A stretch of 64,000 nt of DNA from Felis catus (taxonomy: Eukaryota). Of this stretch, positions 26,341 through 39,590 are shown piece after piece. Each line of letters begins with the position of its first letter. Position 1 is the first letter of the stretch. The notes beneath the pieces are model-generated. The model saw only the letters and a program-made list of their open reading frames with translations. It searched no databases and was not told the origin of the DNA. Both the position numbers and the translations under genes were made by a program. The stretch is taken from the NCBI RefSeq assembly GCF_018350175.1, contig NC_058368.1, forward strand, positions 215,762,001-215,826,000, given 5' to 3'.

Positions 26341-27358
26341 AAGTACTCTAATTAAATCTGGTTATATATATATTTACACATATATATGATATTTATGTAT
26401 ATATATACTGTATATATAACATTTATATATTATATATAATTACATTTATAATTCCATTATACATACATACATACATATACATACATATAGATGTGTATAT
26501 ATTTATTTATATTTGTATTGGAGAAGTAAAAATGCTTAGTCATACATAGGTCATATATGGCAATTGGGTCTCTTAGGTATAAACTCGACTTTTATGTTTT
26601 AAATCTGAGTCGTGGCAGCTCTCCACGTTGCCTAGCTTGCTATAATTTGACTACCTTTGAGCAAAATTCTTTTGAGTTGAGGAGATAATACTGCCTTTCT
26701 TGTTTGGCTGCCGAGAAAATCACCAAATTTTAGTATTTCTGGGAATTATATATATGTATTGCATATTTTAGAAATAACTCTTTACTGGATGTCAAATTAC
26801 AGACGAAAATTATTTCGTATTCCAAGAGAACTTAGAAACAATTGTCTTGTTATTCAGGGGGATCACATACTTCTTGACCTGTTTTGTTTAAACTCTGCTC
26901 CCTGTAATAAATTATTTCTAAATAAGACAAAAACCAATGTTAACTACACTCCTTTTTCTACTGAAATTGAATACAGAAAACTTCTGAAAATTATTTCCAG
27001 CAATCTTTAATTGCTTTTTCTTCTGTTTGTGGCCTGTAAGCTATCTAGTGATACATTTTTCCTGAATTAGGAATTGCATTTTGAACACTTCTACTGCCAC
27101 TGCCATGGCTGATCACAAGCAGAAAGAACAGCTGTCATTTATTTCGGTAAATCAAGAGACACTTGACTATGACTTTAACTTACACTGGACTGGTTGGTTG
27201 AAATTGGTAAAATTGTTGGAGTTGTTCTGTTTAAGCAATCTGATTTTTGTAAGAACGGTAATCTTCTTTTTAGAGATAATGGTTCAAATACATTGACTAA
27301 TAAATGGATAAAAGATAATCTAACAAGATACTTAATATTGTATTTCTGAAGAATAAAA

Positions 27359-27577
27359 TTTTTATTATGTTTTAATGTTTATTTATTTATTTTGAGAGGG
27401 ACGGGGAGCACCGGACTGGGAGTTGCATAGAGAGAGGTAGAGACAGAGAATCCCAAGCAAGCTCTGCGCTGATAGCATAGAGCTCGAAGTGGGACTTGAT
27501 CCCACAAACAGTGAGATTATGACCTAAGCTGAAATCAAAAGTTGGACACTGAACCAACTGAGCCACCCAGGGACCGC
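27359..27577 (-). mobile_element. Can-SINE
   Basis: tttaatgtttatttatttattttgagag...gaatcccaagcaagctctgcgctg...aaccaactgagccacccag. Confidence 0.93.
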
Positions 27578-27674
27578 AGAATACAAGATAGATTTTAAAT
27601 TAAATATTGCAAAATTCATGGACTACACAGATGTCTGTGTATGTCTTATATGTCTCATGTTAATTTACTCTGTA

Positions 27675-27925
27675 GACATAATAGGAAGAGTTTTCAGAAT
27701 TTATGTTCTGATATCAAATTCATCTGGATTCACTCCTCTACTAACTGGCTGACAATGGGTGACTTCCTTAAACACGCAGAACTACAGTATTTTATTTTTA
27801 ATTTAAGGTGTTTGTACAATAAGGCAACCTACATTAAATGGAGTTTTCAGGAAAAAAAAATAGTTCATACAGAGAGATTAGCAAACAACCACTAAATTTT
27901 GCAATTGCTCAACACATTGTAACTA
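27675..27925 (+). mobile_element. Near-full-length, degraded MIR
   Basis: ctactaactggctgacaatgggtgacttccttaaac...cagtattttatttttaa...ctcaacacattgtaactat. Confidence 0.5.
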
Positions 27926-28208
27926 TGAATCTCAAGATCATCCCAGTAATGATCATGAAGATACTGGAAGACTAAAACAGAAATACTGAGGAACGCACTA
28001 AAGTGTAAGAATTCTAACTTCCACTGAAAAGTATATTCAAAGGTCATATAAAAAGGCCAACGCAAAAAAAAATGTATTGACATATTTTAAATGTTTTATT
28101 TTATGAAGAAAATGCACTAATTTGTGCAATAGAAAGTAAACAAGAAGATACATTTTGTTTGAGGAACTTACAAAGAGTTCTTATAAAATTAAATTATCTA
28201 AAAAGGAA

Positions 28209-28802
28209 ATAACAGCTCTTTTGAGACATAACTCACATACCACAAAGTTCATCTTTTAGAAGTGAGCAATTTAGTGTTTTCTAATATATTCACAGGGCGA
28301 CACATTCATCACCATTGTCTAATTCCAGGATATTTTGTTGACCTCAAAAAGAATGGGTATGACCCATTATAAGGTCCTATACATTTTAAGTCCCTCCAAT
28401 ATTCCCCTTCTCTTCTCTCAAGCCCATAACAAACATTATCATACCTTCTGTCTCTATGAATTTGTCTACTCTGGACACTTCGTATAAATGGGATTATAAA
28501 ATATGATATATTTGGTGTCTGGGTTTTTCACTTACTATAATATTTTCAAGGCTTATCATAATATAGCATGTGTCCATACTTCATTTTCTTTTATGGATGA
28601 ATAATATTCCATTGCATGTTTATTTCATGTATATTATACATTCATTAATTAGTAGACATATGAAATGTGTCCATTTTTTGATATTATGAATAATGCTGCT
28701 ATAAACATTTGTGTACATGTTTCCTTGTGGCCACATATTTTCATTTCTCTTGGGTGTATACTTAGGAATGGAATTGCTTGTTCATACAGCAACTCTATGT
28801 TG
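28209..28802 (-). mobile_element. L1MB-type 3' end
   Basis: acagctcttttgagacataactcacatacc...ttctgtctctatgaatttgtctactctggacacttcgtataaatggg...tgaataatgctgctataaacatttgtgtaca...ggaatggaattgct. Confidence 0.88.
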
Positions 28803-29999
28803 TAAGACACACTGTTAATTATAATTCAAATATTTAACTCCATATCTCTAAATAAATAAATAATTGATAACCTGCAATTCAACCGTGGTAACAGGAATCA
28901 AATCTACCACTAAGCACAGGGAAAGATCTATGCCCTTGAAGAAACTGAAGTCCTGTTATGTTGTAGAAGGACAGACAGTGAAGAGGAAGGGGCTTTCAAT
29001 ACATAGTTTCTCTTTCCTGTTGTAAAAGTTTCCTGTTCTAAATAATACCTCACAACTGAAAAAATATATATTAATTTAGAGGATTTTCCCTTAATTACAG
29101 AGGAAAAAAAAGGATACAATTTTATGACTCATATAAAATTAAGAGTGATTATCATCATCACCATCCTCATCATTATCACTTTACAATTTGTCATCGGCCA
29201 GTCATGAAATCAAATAAAGCAAAACAATTACTGAATTCCATAGCATATATTATATAAAAACATATGCTTTGTGATATCAAACCTCAAGTTTTTATATGGC
29301 CTAAAATGCAAGAATATTCTACATGGAGAGTCTCTATCCCTGATAAAAAGACTGTGTTATTTCTGCAGTCAGAACTGTTCATTCCTGTTTGTATTAATGT
29401 GCAGAGGGAATCTTTGTACCATTCTAGGATTGACTTTATTCATTGCAAATATTAGAATATGAGTCCCTTATGTAAAACTTTGGTCCTGGACCGGGTTTTT
29501 GAGTAAAATTAATAGTAACATAGTCAGGAGATGATGCCATAATCTACTAGTGGATCAAAGGTAGCTACCTCAGCTTGGGTTAGAATAAGCTTGTGCAGTT
29601 TGAGGAATTGAATTGAGTCCATTTTCTCCTCATCTTTTTGTACAGAAGCCTTGTTGACAATAGCTATTATAAACTGATTCTGAAGTGCATTCAAAATATC
29701 AGATGCCAGAAGAAAGAAACACATGTATTTCATCTGTTCTCCATTTTTATAAGTTTAGTTCACTCTGTGTATAAGACTGTATTCATTTGAAAACCATCTG
29801 AATAGGGTTCTATGTTCTATGGCCATTTTGTTGAAAATGTAGAGACATGTTAAAGAGAATAATGAGCTTCCCTCATCTAATCCAATTCTCTTGCCTTTTA
29901 TTATCAAAGACACTTGTTTTGTAGTAAACTTTTAAAAGTATAGCAATAGAAAAGTTTATCACTAATACATGTACGAAAAGTTTTCTTAAAATGAAGACA

Positions 30000-30375
30000 T
30001 CTTGAGGTCAGCAGTCTGAAATCAAGATGTCAGAAGGGCTTCACTCCCTCAAAAGCCTAGAAGAGATACCTTTCTTTGGCTCTCCCAGCCTGGTGACCCC
30101 TGACGTTCCTTGGCTTACGACTGTATAACTCCAATAGCTTCCTCCACTTTCACTTTTCTTTTGCATCAATGTGTTTCTTCTCAATGTTTCTCTTACATAG
30201 ATGCTTATTCTGGGATGTAGGGCCCATCTGGATAATGATGTTGATCTCATCTCTAGATTCTTGATTTAATTATATCTTAAAAGATCCTTTTTCAGGTTAA
30301 GACTACATTCACAGGTTGCAGAGATTAGATAGGGGACATATTTATTTGGGGGGTGCATATCTTTCCATTCACTGA
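30000..30375 (-). mobile_element. MaLR LTR, MLT1C-like
   Basis: gaggtcagcagtctgaaatcaagatgtcag...gttccttggctt...tagggcccatctggataat...gatctcatctctagattctt...acattcacagg. Confidence 0.75.
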
Positions 30376-30399
30376 TCACTATATTAATCTCTACGACCA

Positions 30400-30652
30400 T
30401 AGAATCGTTGTGTCTTTTTAAAAAATGTTACATAACTGAAATCATACCTTAAGGTACTCATTTGTGGCTGCCCTGTTTCACTAATTTTATATGTGTAATC
30501 TTTTATCATGTTGTCTCATAGAGAATCATTTTATTTTCAATGTTAATCAATTGTATGAATATATCATAAATAGTATATACATTCTTCTTAATGCACATTG
30601 GAGTCATGTCCAGGTTAAGGCTATTGTAAACATTATTAAAATAATCATTCTT
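30400..30652 (-). mobile_element. Old L1 3'UTR relic
   Basis: ctgaaatcata...tttgtggctg...cattggagtcatgtccaggttaaggctattgtaaac. Confidence 0.5.
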
Positions 30653-30654
30653 TT

Positions 30655-30857
30655 GGGGCACCTGGGTGGCTCAGTTAAGCATCCAACTTCGGCTCAGGTT
30701 ATGATCTCACAGTTTGTGGGTTCGAGCCCCAGGTTGGACTCTGTGCTGATAGCTCAGAACCTGGAGCCTGCTTTGGATTCTGTGTCTGCCTCTCTCTGCC
30801 CCTCCCCTGCTAATGCTTTGTCTCTCAAAAATAAATAAACGTTAAAAATTTAAAAAA
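30655..30857 (+). mobile_element. Can-SINE (left member of tail-to-tail pair)
   Basis: ggggcacctgggtggctcagttaagcatcc...aaataaataaacgttaaaaa; TSD core aatcattct. Confidence 0.95.
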
Positions 30858-30869
30858 AATCATTCTCCA

Positions 30870-30870
30870 T

Positions 30871-30901
<31 letters not shown>

Positions 30902-31110
30902 TTTTTTAACGTTTATGTATTTATCTTGAGAAAGACAGAGACAACACAAGTAGGGGAGGGGCAGAGAGACAGGGGGAGAGAGAGAGAATCCTGGGCAAGC
31001 TCCACACTGCAGAGCCTGATGTGGGGCTTGAACTGACAAACCCGAGAAATCATGACCTGAGACAAAACCAAGAGTTGGACTCTTAACCTAGAGAGCCATG
31101 CAGGTGCCTC
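30870..31110 (-). mobile_element. Can-SINE (right member of tail-to-tail pair)
   Basis: (TTTA)n tail, gagagaatcctgggcaagctccacactg...catgacctgagacaaaaccaagagttgg...caggtgcctc; TSD core atcattctc. Confidence 0.93.
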
Positions 31111-31249
31111 GATCATTCTCATTTTCTAGAACATATAATCACAGTTTGTTTGTTTTTTATTCTTTCAAAGACCATACATACCAATCCCTAAATCTTGGAA
31201 TCAAATGAACTTGTTTCTATTTTCTAACATTTCATTTGGTATTCACTTA

Positions 31250-31680
31250 CTTGTTATTGTTTGACACTATGCTCAGTAGTTTTTGACTGAAATACATGCA
31301 TCATAAGCAAATCCTTAAAGATAACTTGAGTGTAAGCTATCATTTTCCAGAGTTGATTACGTTTGATTCTTGGTGGCAGGAAGTCTAGTTATTCCATTGA
31401 AGTTTTGAGCTGATTTAAATCTAAGGCTTTTTGTTTCTTTGCCTTTACTTTAAGCTTTAATCTTTAAGTGTATGAACCGAAAGTCTGAGGTGTCTACCAA
31501 AACTACTTCTTAGTGAACCTAAAAGATTAATACTAATTTTGCAATACACACAATATTCAGAGAATCTGCTCAGTTTCTCAATCTTTCCTGCTACATTCTT
31601 CTTGGCTTCCCTGTTTCTATAGTGTTTCACAGGGAAATAATTCCAGGATCTTTCAGATTTTCTCAGTTAATCATTCTCCG
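31250..31680 (-). mobile_element. Possible ancient L1ME 5'-region relic
   Basis: cattttccagag...cttggtggcagg...gaaagtctgaggtgtctaccaa...ctgctcagtttctc resemble L1ME 5' ends as I recall them. Confidence 0.35.
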
Positions 31681-32055
31681 GTGCATATATACGTGCACAC
31701 ATATGCATATACATTTATGCATGTATGATATATGATTTTCAAATTCTTTGTAAGTGGTTTGGTGTTTGATATTTCTATAACTAGAAGTCAGACACCTTCC
31801 AGCAACTTTAAATCATAAAGCAGTCCCAATTCAGTAATTAGAATGCTCATACTAAGATATTATTCAAAACTCTGAACTTGATAGATCATTAATTATTCTC
31901 CCCCTAAACAGCTTGGATCTGCTTCAGGCTGGAAGCTGGCTCTGATTAAATGTGGGTTGATCCTTCTGCTCTCATCTCTCTTCCTGCTCACTGCTTCTCT
32001 GATTTCTTGCTGCTAATCTGTTTAGATTCTGGTCAGAGAAGGGAAAGAAAGATAA

Positions 32056-32056
<1 letters not shown>

Positions 32057-32098
<42 letters not shown>

Positions 32099-32128
32099 TA
32101 TATATGTATATATATGTATATATATATA
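32057..32128. repeat. (TA)n(CA)n compound microsatellite
   Basis: Directly visible. Confidence 0.95.
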
Positions 32129-32632
32129 ATGTTTATTTTCAAATAAGTAATGCACGTGACAATTATGTTTCTTGGTATCAAAAAATAAAAATGAAAAAAA
32201 TATGACAAAGAAAGAAAGGAAGAAAGAAATCCAAATTCCAAGCCACTGAGAAATAAAAATTAGAAAAAAAGCCATAGTTAAAAGACAAATTATTTAGTAT
32301 TAGCTACATGAATTGATACGTTAACAAATATGCCATTGATGTATCTGCATGCAATATTCAATTCTAAGTGCATTCTGCTTTCCTAGGTAGCCTAGTAAAA
32401 TCTCAGTAAAATCTGCATCTAAAAAGGAGGTTTCCTGGAATCTCAGAGATAAATCCACAAATTTAGTCCAAATGCCTTCAATAAGAGGAAACACACACGC
32501 ACACGGGAGCACACACACAGAGACCTTTCAATTAATCTCCTTTAGGTAAAATGGGAAGAAAAATGTTACTTTTCTGATTTCTTTAAACAGCCAACAACAC
32601 ACACACACAAACACAAAAACAAAGAATATTCT

Positions 32633-32788
32633 TCTTTTTCAAAACTTTTAATTTATTTATTTGGAGGGAGTGGTGAGGCGGGGGGACAAAGAGAGAGAGA
32701 AAGATGCAGGGGCTTAAACTCAGGAACCGGGAGATCATGACCTGAGCTAGAGTCAGATGCTTAACCAACTGAGCCACGTGGGTGCCGC
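32633..32788 (-). mobile_element. Internally deleted Can-SINE
   Basis: gagatcatgacctgagctagagtcagatgcttaaccaactgagccac; TSD core agaatattctt. Confidence 0.88.
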
Positions 32789-32895
32789 AAAACCTACAGA
32801 ATATTCTTAAATTGTAGCTTGTGGAACACAATGCTGGATGTGAATGTTAAAAGAGAACATTTAAATAGCTGACTGCATAATTTAATAACAGGACC

Positions 32896-33306
32896 TGTGG
32901 TGGAGACTTTTTGCTCTCCGCCACGAATCTGCTCTCACTCTTTGGTATTTGAGTTATGTCTCTCCATATCCCAGACTCTGATCACAGACTGCACCACATT
33001 CCCTCTAGAATATACTATAGTCATGAAGCTAGTTCTTACCATAGAGCACGGGACACACGCTGACGAGCATTATTTCCAGGAGGAAGTTTTTAGAAATCAA
33101 TGTTCCTCCTTCATACACTCTATTCCATTGCATCATCAGCTAACAAAAAGAGATGCGGGGGTTGGTAAATGCACAGCAAACAGGCTGCCGTCTAGAAACA
33201 TAATGCAGCAGGAGGTGCTTGTTTGCTACAGCAGCCTTGAAATGTTATGTCAACAGAGACACAGTTCTCACTTTAAACTGCCAAAATTAAGAAATTATTT
33301 GTTATA
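32896..33306 (+). mobile_element. MaLR LTR, MLT1J-like
   Basis: Starts tgtggtgg; agtcatgaagctagttcttaccatag; ends ttaaactgccaaaattaagaaattatttgttata like MLT1 termini. Confidence 0.5.
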
Positions 33307-33522
33307 GGGGCGCCTGGGTGGCTCAGTTGGTTAAATGTCTGACTTTGGCTCAGCTCATGATTTTGCATTTTGTGAGTTCGAGCCCTGCGTGGAGCTCTGT
33401 GCTGGCAGCTCAGAGTCTGGAGCCTGCTTCTGCTTCTGTGTCTCCCTCTCTCTCTGTCCCTCGCCCCACTCGTGCTCTGTCTCTGTCTCTCAAAAATAAA
33501 TTTAAAAAAATTAAAAAGTTAA
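33307..33522 (+). mobile_element. Can-SINE (SINEC_Fc-type)
   Basis: ggggcgcctgggtggctcagttggttaa...gagttcgagccc...; TSD core aagaaatt. Confidence 0.95.
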
Positions 33523-35164
33523 AAGAAATTGTCATAAAAATATGCATCAAATTAACTATTTTGATATATAAAGTCTATTTGCTCCAGAGCTTTGCTATTT
33601 TATCTTAATAAAGGCACACAATATCTTATCCAGTCTTTTCAGACAATGGTTTGGGTTCAAGAACTTTGTAGATTTTCAAAGATCGCATATACTCCATAAT
33701 CAGGAGCTTTTACTGGGAATGTGAGGGAGAACACTCAAATCAAAAACAATTTCTCTGGTGAAATATGTGAATATTCACATGAAGTGAAATCAAAACCATA
33801 GTTTCATTTGAGTTTATGACAGATTTCCCATAAAATGTGTTTTGCCTCCTAACTTACATAATTGTTGGATTTTGAAATTTCAGCTTAAGGAGTTGGCCTT
33901 GAGTTCAATATTTAAAGAAAAGATAATAGCAATATATTATCTCAACATTTTTAAGTTTACATATTATGTTAAAAGTAACAGCAATAATGTTTGAGGGTGA
34001 ATCTGTACAACTGACATAACTTGACTTTCCAAAGTGCTTATGCATTAGCAAAATGTCAAGATCTATAGAAACCAAAACCCACAATCTTTGAAAAAGGCAT
34101 TGTATCTCTGAATTATAAGAATTAGAACACTTTAATGACTTCTTAGAAGCCAACCAAGGGTGATTTAGCAAATCACCACCCAGCAAAAACAAGCACATCC
34201 TCTTACAAACACAGAGATAATGTTTCTCATCATGTCACTTGTGTTTATAATTTAAAAGATTTTAAAAACATACTGACATTTGCATTCTTCTGACACCAAC
34301 GTTATTTTTAATGACATGGTGTCATGTCACATATAATACAGGATGCAAGATCCAGAGACTGAAAAACAACACATGATTTCCCCTTAATTTGAATTTATGT
34401 ACGATGGGAAAGAATAGAAATGATTCGAGAAGGCTAAGTTCTAAATACATTTACCAAATGAAAAGATCAGGCTAAGCCCTGCACATAATAAGTTTGAGAA
34501 ACCTCTTGAAGCCAGTGAGGCTAAAATGTTTATATAAGTCAAAGATTGTTGAATATATATAGTTAAAACTTTGTTTAAGATATTTAAAAATCATGCAAGT
34601 CTAAAAATTACAAACAATAATTAAAATAGCTTAAAAAGTTTTTTTTAAACTTCATATGGTTAAAAGATCGAACATTGGGAAAGTATGGTGACACAATGCG
34701 CAGAATTTTGTAATAAAATCAAAATTTATGTATTTTTTAGTGTCTAGGCACATCACAATCATATAGATCTTGTAGCAATAACTTCCATAATAGTAGTAAT
34801 ATTTTTCATTGTGGTACCATTATTTTGAAATGTACACCTATATCAACCAACTTGAGTACCATTATTTTTCTTACTATTAGTCACAAGGAGTAAGAGCATA
34901 TTAGTTTGTAGTAGACAAATGAAAGTATTACATTAAAGATTACTCATCTTTAAGAAATCGTTTGTATATGCATATTAGTAATGTCATTAAATACATTTTT
35001 ACACTTAACATTTATCCAGATATTTACCAACCAAAAATTAGTCAGAAGTATGCTTTCCTTTGTGGTCGTGTTACCTTTATGTGGTCTGCATGCTGGTATA
35101 CTATTGAATATATCATGGGGATTACTTTTCCAACTTAACTTGTTAAAAAAAAATCTAAGTTCTA

Positions 35165-35319
35165 GGTGCTTAGAGCTAGGCTCAACCAGTTGAGCATCCG
35201 ACTTCGGCTCAGGTCACGATCTTGTGGTTCGTGAGTTTGAGCCCCATATTGGGTTATGTGCTCACAGCTCAGAACCTGCTTCTGATTCTGTGTCTCCCTC
35301 TCTTTCTGCTCCTCCCTGG

Positions 35320-35366
<47 letters not shown>

Positions 35367-35387
35367 AATAAACATTAAAAAAATTTT
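35165..35387 (+). mobile_element. Can-SINE with altered head
   Basis: gacttcggctcaggtcacgatct...long (CT)n; TSD aaaaat(c/t)taagttcta (35149-35164 / 35388-35403). Confidence 0.93.
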
Positions 35388-35829
35388 AAAAATTTAAGTT
35401 CTAATTATAGACGCATTTTAATCCAATTAAAATTTCTCTATAAAGCTGTAATGACCTCTAATTATATAAGCAGGTTTTCAAAACTTTTAACAGTTTAATG
35501 AATAACTGATGTAAGAAGCAAAATGGAAGTCCTGATATTGAGGTATAAATAAAATAATTTTGATTCAAATATTATATGTATATATAAGTATATACATATT
35601 ATAATAATCATAAATATATATCATATAACAATATATTACATATGATATATATGTGTGTGTGTATATATACATTTCATTCCTAAACTTACCTTAGTAACAC
35701 ATATCACCAGCCCTTTCAAAGGCTGCCCTTGTTTATATCTGTTACCTAGTCTCATATGTAGACATGTTGTCCTGATGGATACATAAGCAGATCAACATTT
35801 TTATTTTATCTAGGCTTCTCAAGGTTTTT

Positions 35830-36035
35830 TTTTTAATGTTTATTTATTTTTGAGAGAGAGAGAGACAGAGCGTGAGTGGGAGGGGCAGAGAGAAGAGGGA
35901 GACACAGAATCCAAAGCAGCTCCAGGCTCTGAGCTGTCAGCACAGAGCCGGACACAGGGCTCGAACTCATGAGCCACGAGACCATGACCTGAGCTGAAGT
36001 CGGACTCTTAACCGACTGAGCCACCCAGGTACCCC
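35830..36035 (-). mobile_element. Can-SINE (SINEC_Fc-type)
   Basis: Canonical body; 19-bp TSD tag(g/a)cttctcaaggttttt (35811-35829 / 36036-36054). Confidence 0.96.
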
Positions 36036-37284
36036 TAGACTTCTCAAGGTTTTTAACATATTATTTTACCCTCCTAGTTTGCTTTTCAGTGTGACATTGT
36101 AATTTTAATTTCTTTTTCTTTTCAGAAAGATTTTATATTTTAATTAGAAACGAAGAAAAAAATGTATCTGTTTGGTCTCAGAAGCTAGTCTATTTCAATG
36201 CTTTGGGGGGAAAACTCCATGAACTCCTATACAAATTATTATATTGAAGAAAACCAAGCTGAATATTTGAGGGCTATTTCTAAAATCTATTGGTTTTGAA
36301 CTATTAGAGCTCAGCTAATTAAAGTTTTAGTTAAATGTATAGTGATTAAGAAATATTCATTTTAATTTAATCCATTTTTCAAGGTTAATAGGACACACTT
36401 ATTTTTAAATGAAAACATTGAACATTGCTCATAGCAACATTATTCTTAATTACAATAAACTCTAGTTCTTATATTATGCATCAAAGCTACTTCTTACATT
36501 ACTCATCCCTCCTAGGAGGTCAAAAATTGTAAGGGCAGTAGCTGCTAATCCTTTGAGGTTTTTCATTAAGCTAAATTAGGCTACAGGTTTAAGCAAAATA
36601 AAAAACAAACTTTCTGAACTTAATGATAAATACAAAATTTATAAAATTTTTACAAAAGTCTCTTTAGTCTCAAATAGCTTTATTTTATCACTGTTTCTAT
36701 TAGCTCTTTTTCAATCAGTTTTCAAAACAAAACAAACAAAAACAATAGTAGGAAGAGATAGGTAAAGCTAAAAGTCAAATTGCCACCTTTCCAAGAGTTG
36801 TATTACTTTTGGTCCCATCATCCTTTATCTTTACTTTTATTTACTTTTTGTGGATGTTTTGTGGGATGTCCCCATATTATTAAGATAGGTGTTGAGGACT
36901 TGGTAGTTGGTCTAAAGCCTTGCTAAATGCTGGGTTGTAAAGATGGCTGGGTCTGCAAATTACTTGTCATTCTCTTTGTTCGTCTACTTTTTCTCCAGTT
37001 GAAAAACTACTTCCTAGGGAAATTATATATGGTAAAAATAAGTTATTTTCTTATTTTTTTTTCTGCAGCACATAGGACAATATAAGCCATAGGCTTAGTG
37101 AGTCATAGGACTAAAATAGGCAAATCCCTCAAATAGAAATAGTTCCTTCTTATTGGCTAAAATGACTTTATTTCTTAAATTAGATGTACAATTTATCTCC
37201 TTAAATGATTTATAATTTCTAAATTATCTACATTTCTAAACACCTGTATAGGTGTTTAGGTGATCTGCTTCAGTGTGAATGATT

Positions 37285-37297
37285 CTATATCCATCTA

Positions 37298-37341
<44 letters not shown>

Positions 37342-37372
37342 ATCCATCTATCTATCATCTATCTACTTATCT
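37285..37372. repeat. (TCTA)n / GATA tetranucleotide STR
   Basis: ctatctatctatctatc... with interrupted units. Confidence 0.95.
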
Positions 37373-38510
37373 AGTTTTAATTTCTAATAATCTAAATCAT
37401 TTTTTTAAATACAATAATAATTAGAACCATTAGCAAATCCATAAAAAGTAATTACTGAGAACCTTCATCATATACAACACTTTCTTAAACTAATGCAAAA
37501 GTCATCCAGTTTTACTTCTCATTAACCTTTTGGTTAAACAACAAAGCTGTTTCCTGATAATGTCGGCATATGTCCTACTGCACCAAATATTTCCTTCTTA
37601 ATTCTGGAATGTGAAAGACATCAATTTCTATAACTTTAGAAAAATGAAGAGACTTATGCTTTATGACATGAGATTTTCTAGATGTCCCAAATATATTCAT
37701 CTTTTGATTATTAAGCTGTATTTTCAAACATTTAGGTGCAGTGACTGATTTGTGACACTGTTGTGGAGATGACAAAATCTCTAATAAAAGGACCATTAAT
37801 GTTATATTTTATTTGTCAGATTGAGGAGCAAGAGCTGAGAAAGTAGAGGGAAACTCAGATATAAGTGCAGAAAATTATGCATGGAGACACCCAAGGTAAG
37901 AAGGGCATTAAGAACTGGGAGAATATGGAGAAGGTAGTAAGAATGTAGAAGACTAACATTATTCATGTCACAATTTGTTGTGGTGTGGTCATAGAAAGTC
38001 TTAGAATTTCTATCCCTTCCAAGTTATTTCAGTTTGATTGTAGAAGCATTAGCTCTGTGTGATTCTTTTTTTTTTAATTGTGATCATCAGCTAAAGAAGG
38101 TATCACATACAAACCTGGTTTTCTTTCTAATAATCACAGGCATTAAGCAACAGTAGTAAATACTAATAGATTGCGTAAAACAAAATATAGTACCTTTTTT
38201 CCCAATATTGTCTTCATAAATATATATGACTGAATATCGACAGGTATTAAACTGCCAAATTAATATTTGCTAACTCTACATTTTAGATGAAGAACGACAC
38301 ATAATTTTATTATTTTATCCACTAACTCATACATTCACCAAAACATTAATCACCTATTCTTTTTAAGGCCATAAAGAAGTAAACCAATAAAAGTATGGAA
38401 CTGTTTTAGACTGTGGTAAGTGATACAAAAATAGTATTTTTTTTTTTTTGGTGAAGGAGAATGAGTAGGGTAGGGCAACAATATTATAAACGAAGACAGA
38501 GGAGAGGGAG

Positions 38511-38522
38511 CCAAGATGGCGG
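38511..38522 (+). promoter_or_regulatory. YY1 site of the L1 sense promoter
   Basis: CCAAGATGGCGG at the L1 5' end, same position as the known L1 YY1 element. Confidence 0.8.
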
Positions 38523-39536
38523 AACAGCATGGAAGTTTTTTCTGTGTCTAGCATCCATGAAATTCAGCCAGACCTACACCGAACCATCCTGCACACCTAG
38601 AAAATTGATCTGAGGATTAACACAGCAATCTGCACAACCTGAACCACAGAATTCAGCAGGTATGTGGCTTGGAGAGGTAAACTTGGGGAGAGAGAAGCCG
38701 TGGAGGGCAGGGAGGTACTTTCACATACAGAGAGAGGACAGAAACGGTGGGGAGAATACAAGAAAAGCACCCCTCCCTAAAAGCAGCTGGGGAGAAAGTG
38801 GAAAATTGGAAATAGCTGCAGGGACTGAACTAAAAAGAGATAAATGAGAAAGGAGAGGGTTTAAATACCATTAAGACTGCAAACAGGGAGAGTGCAGAGT
38901 CTGCAACTCCGCAGCTAGATACCTGGTGGTGCTCTGCTGGGAAGGGCAAATCCCCAGGAGCAGAGTGGGGTCCAGGAAGTGCTCAGGCCACATGGTGAGA
39001 AGCAGTTCCACTGCTGAAGGACATTTGGTACAGGCTGTGAAGCCACCTGGGCCCAGAAGACCCCAGAGAACAGCCACATTCCCTGGTGCTGGAACAAGGT
39101 CATTAAGGGTGAAGCCTGGTGCCAGATGTGTGTTGTGATTTTCCATAATCCCTGAAATGCTGCTCCTACACTATCTCTCGAACTTTCTCTGGAGTGGGCT
39201 GCCACCTGGCTGCAGTCTCTGTGCATCAGCAGCAGCACAGTAACGCGAACTTTCCTGGGTGGGGCCGGCATTTGCCATTGCTGGGTGAGACCCTCCACAG
39301 AGGGGCGGAGCAGATCAAAGCCACAGTCCCTCAAAAGTAAGGGGCCGGGAAAGACAGCCGCATCTGAGACAAAACTCAGGAGGGAGGTGCTGCCTGGGGC
39401 TCGGTCACGGACAGTGTAAAAGCGGGGAGTGGACAAAAGCTGAAGACAAAGGAAGGGTGCCTGATTGCTGGTCAGGGAGAACAGAGTTCTGATACTAGAG
39501 ACTGGGTAGCTGGGTGACGCCATTGTCACCGCTCTC

Positions 39537-39546
39537 GCGCATGCGC
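39537..39546. promoter_or_regulatory. NRF1 consensus palindrome in the L1 5'UTR
   Basis: GCGCATGCGC exact match with CpGs intact; binding not shown. Confidence 0.55.
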
Positions 39547-39590
39547 ATAAGCACCTACAAGCACAACAACAATCCACCCCAGTAGGCTAG

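Noticed and set aside
32897..33307. 136-aa ORF
   Set aside because: It starts at GTG and lies within a degraded MLT1-like LTR.
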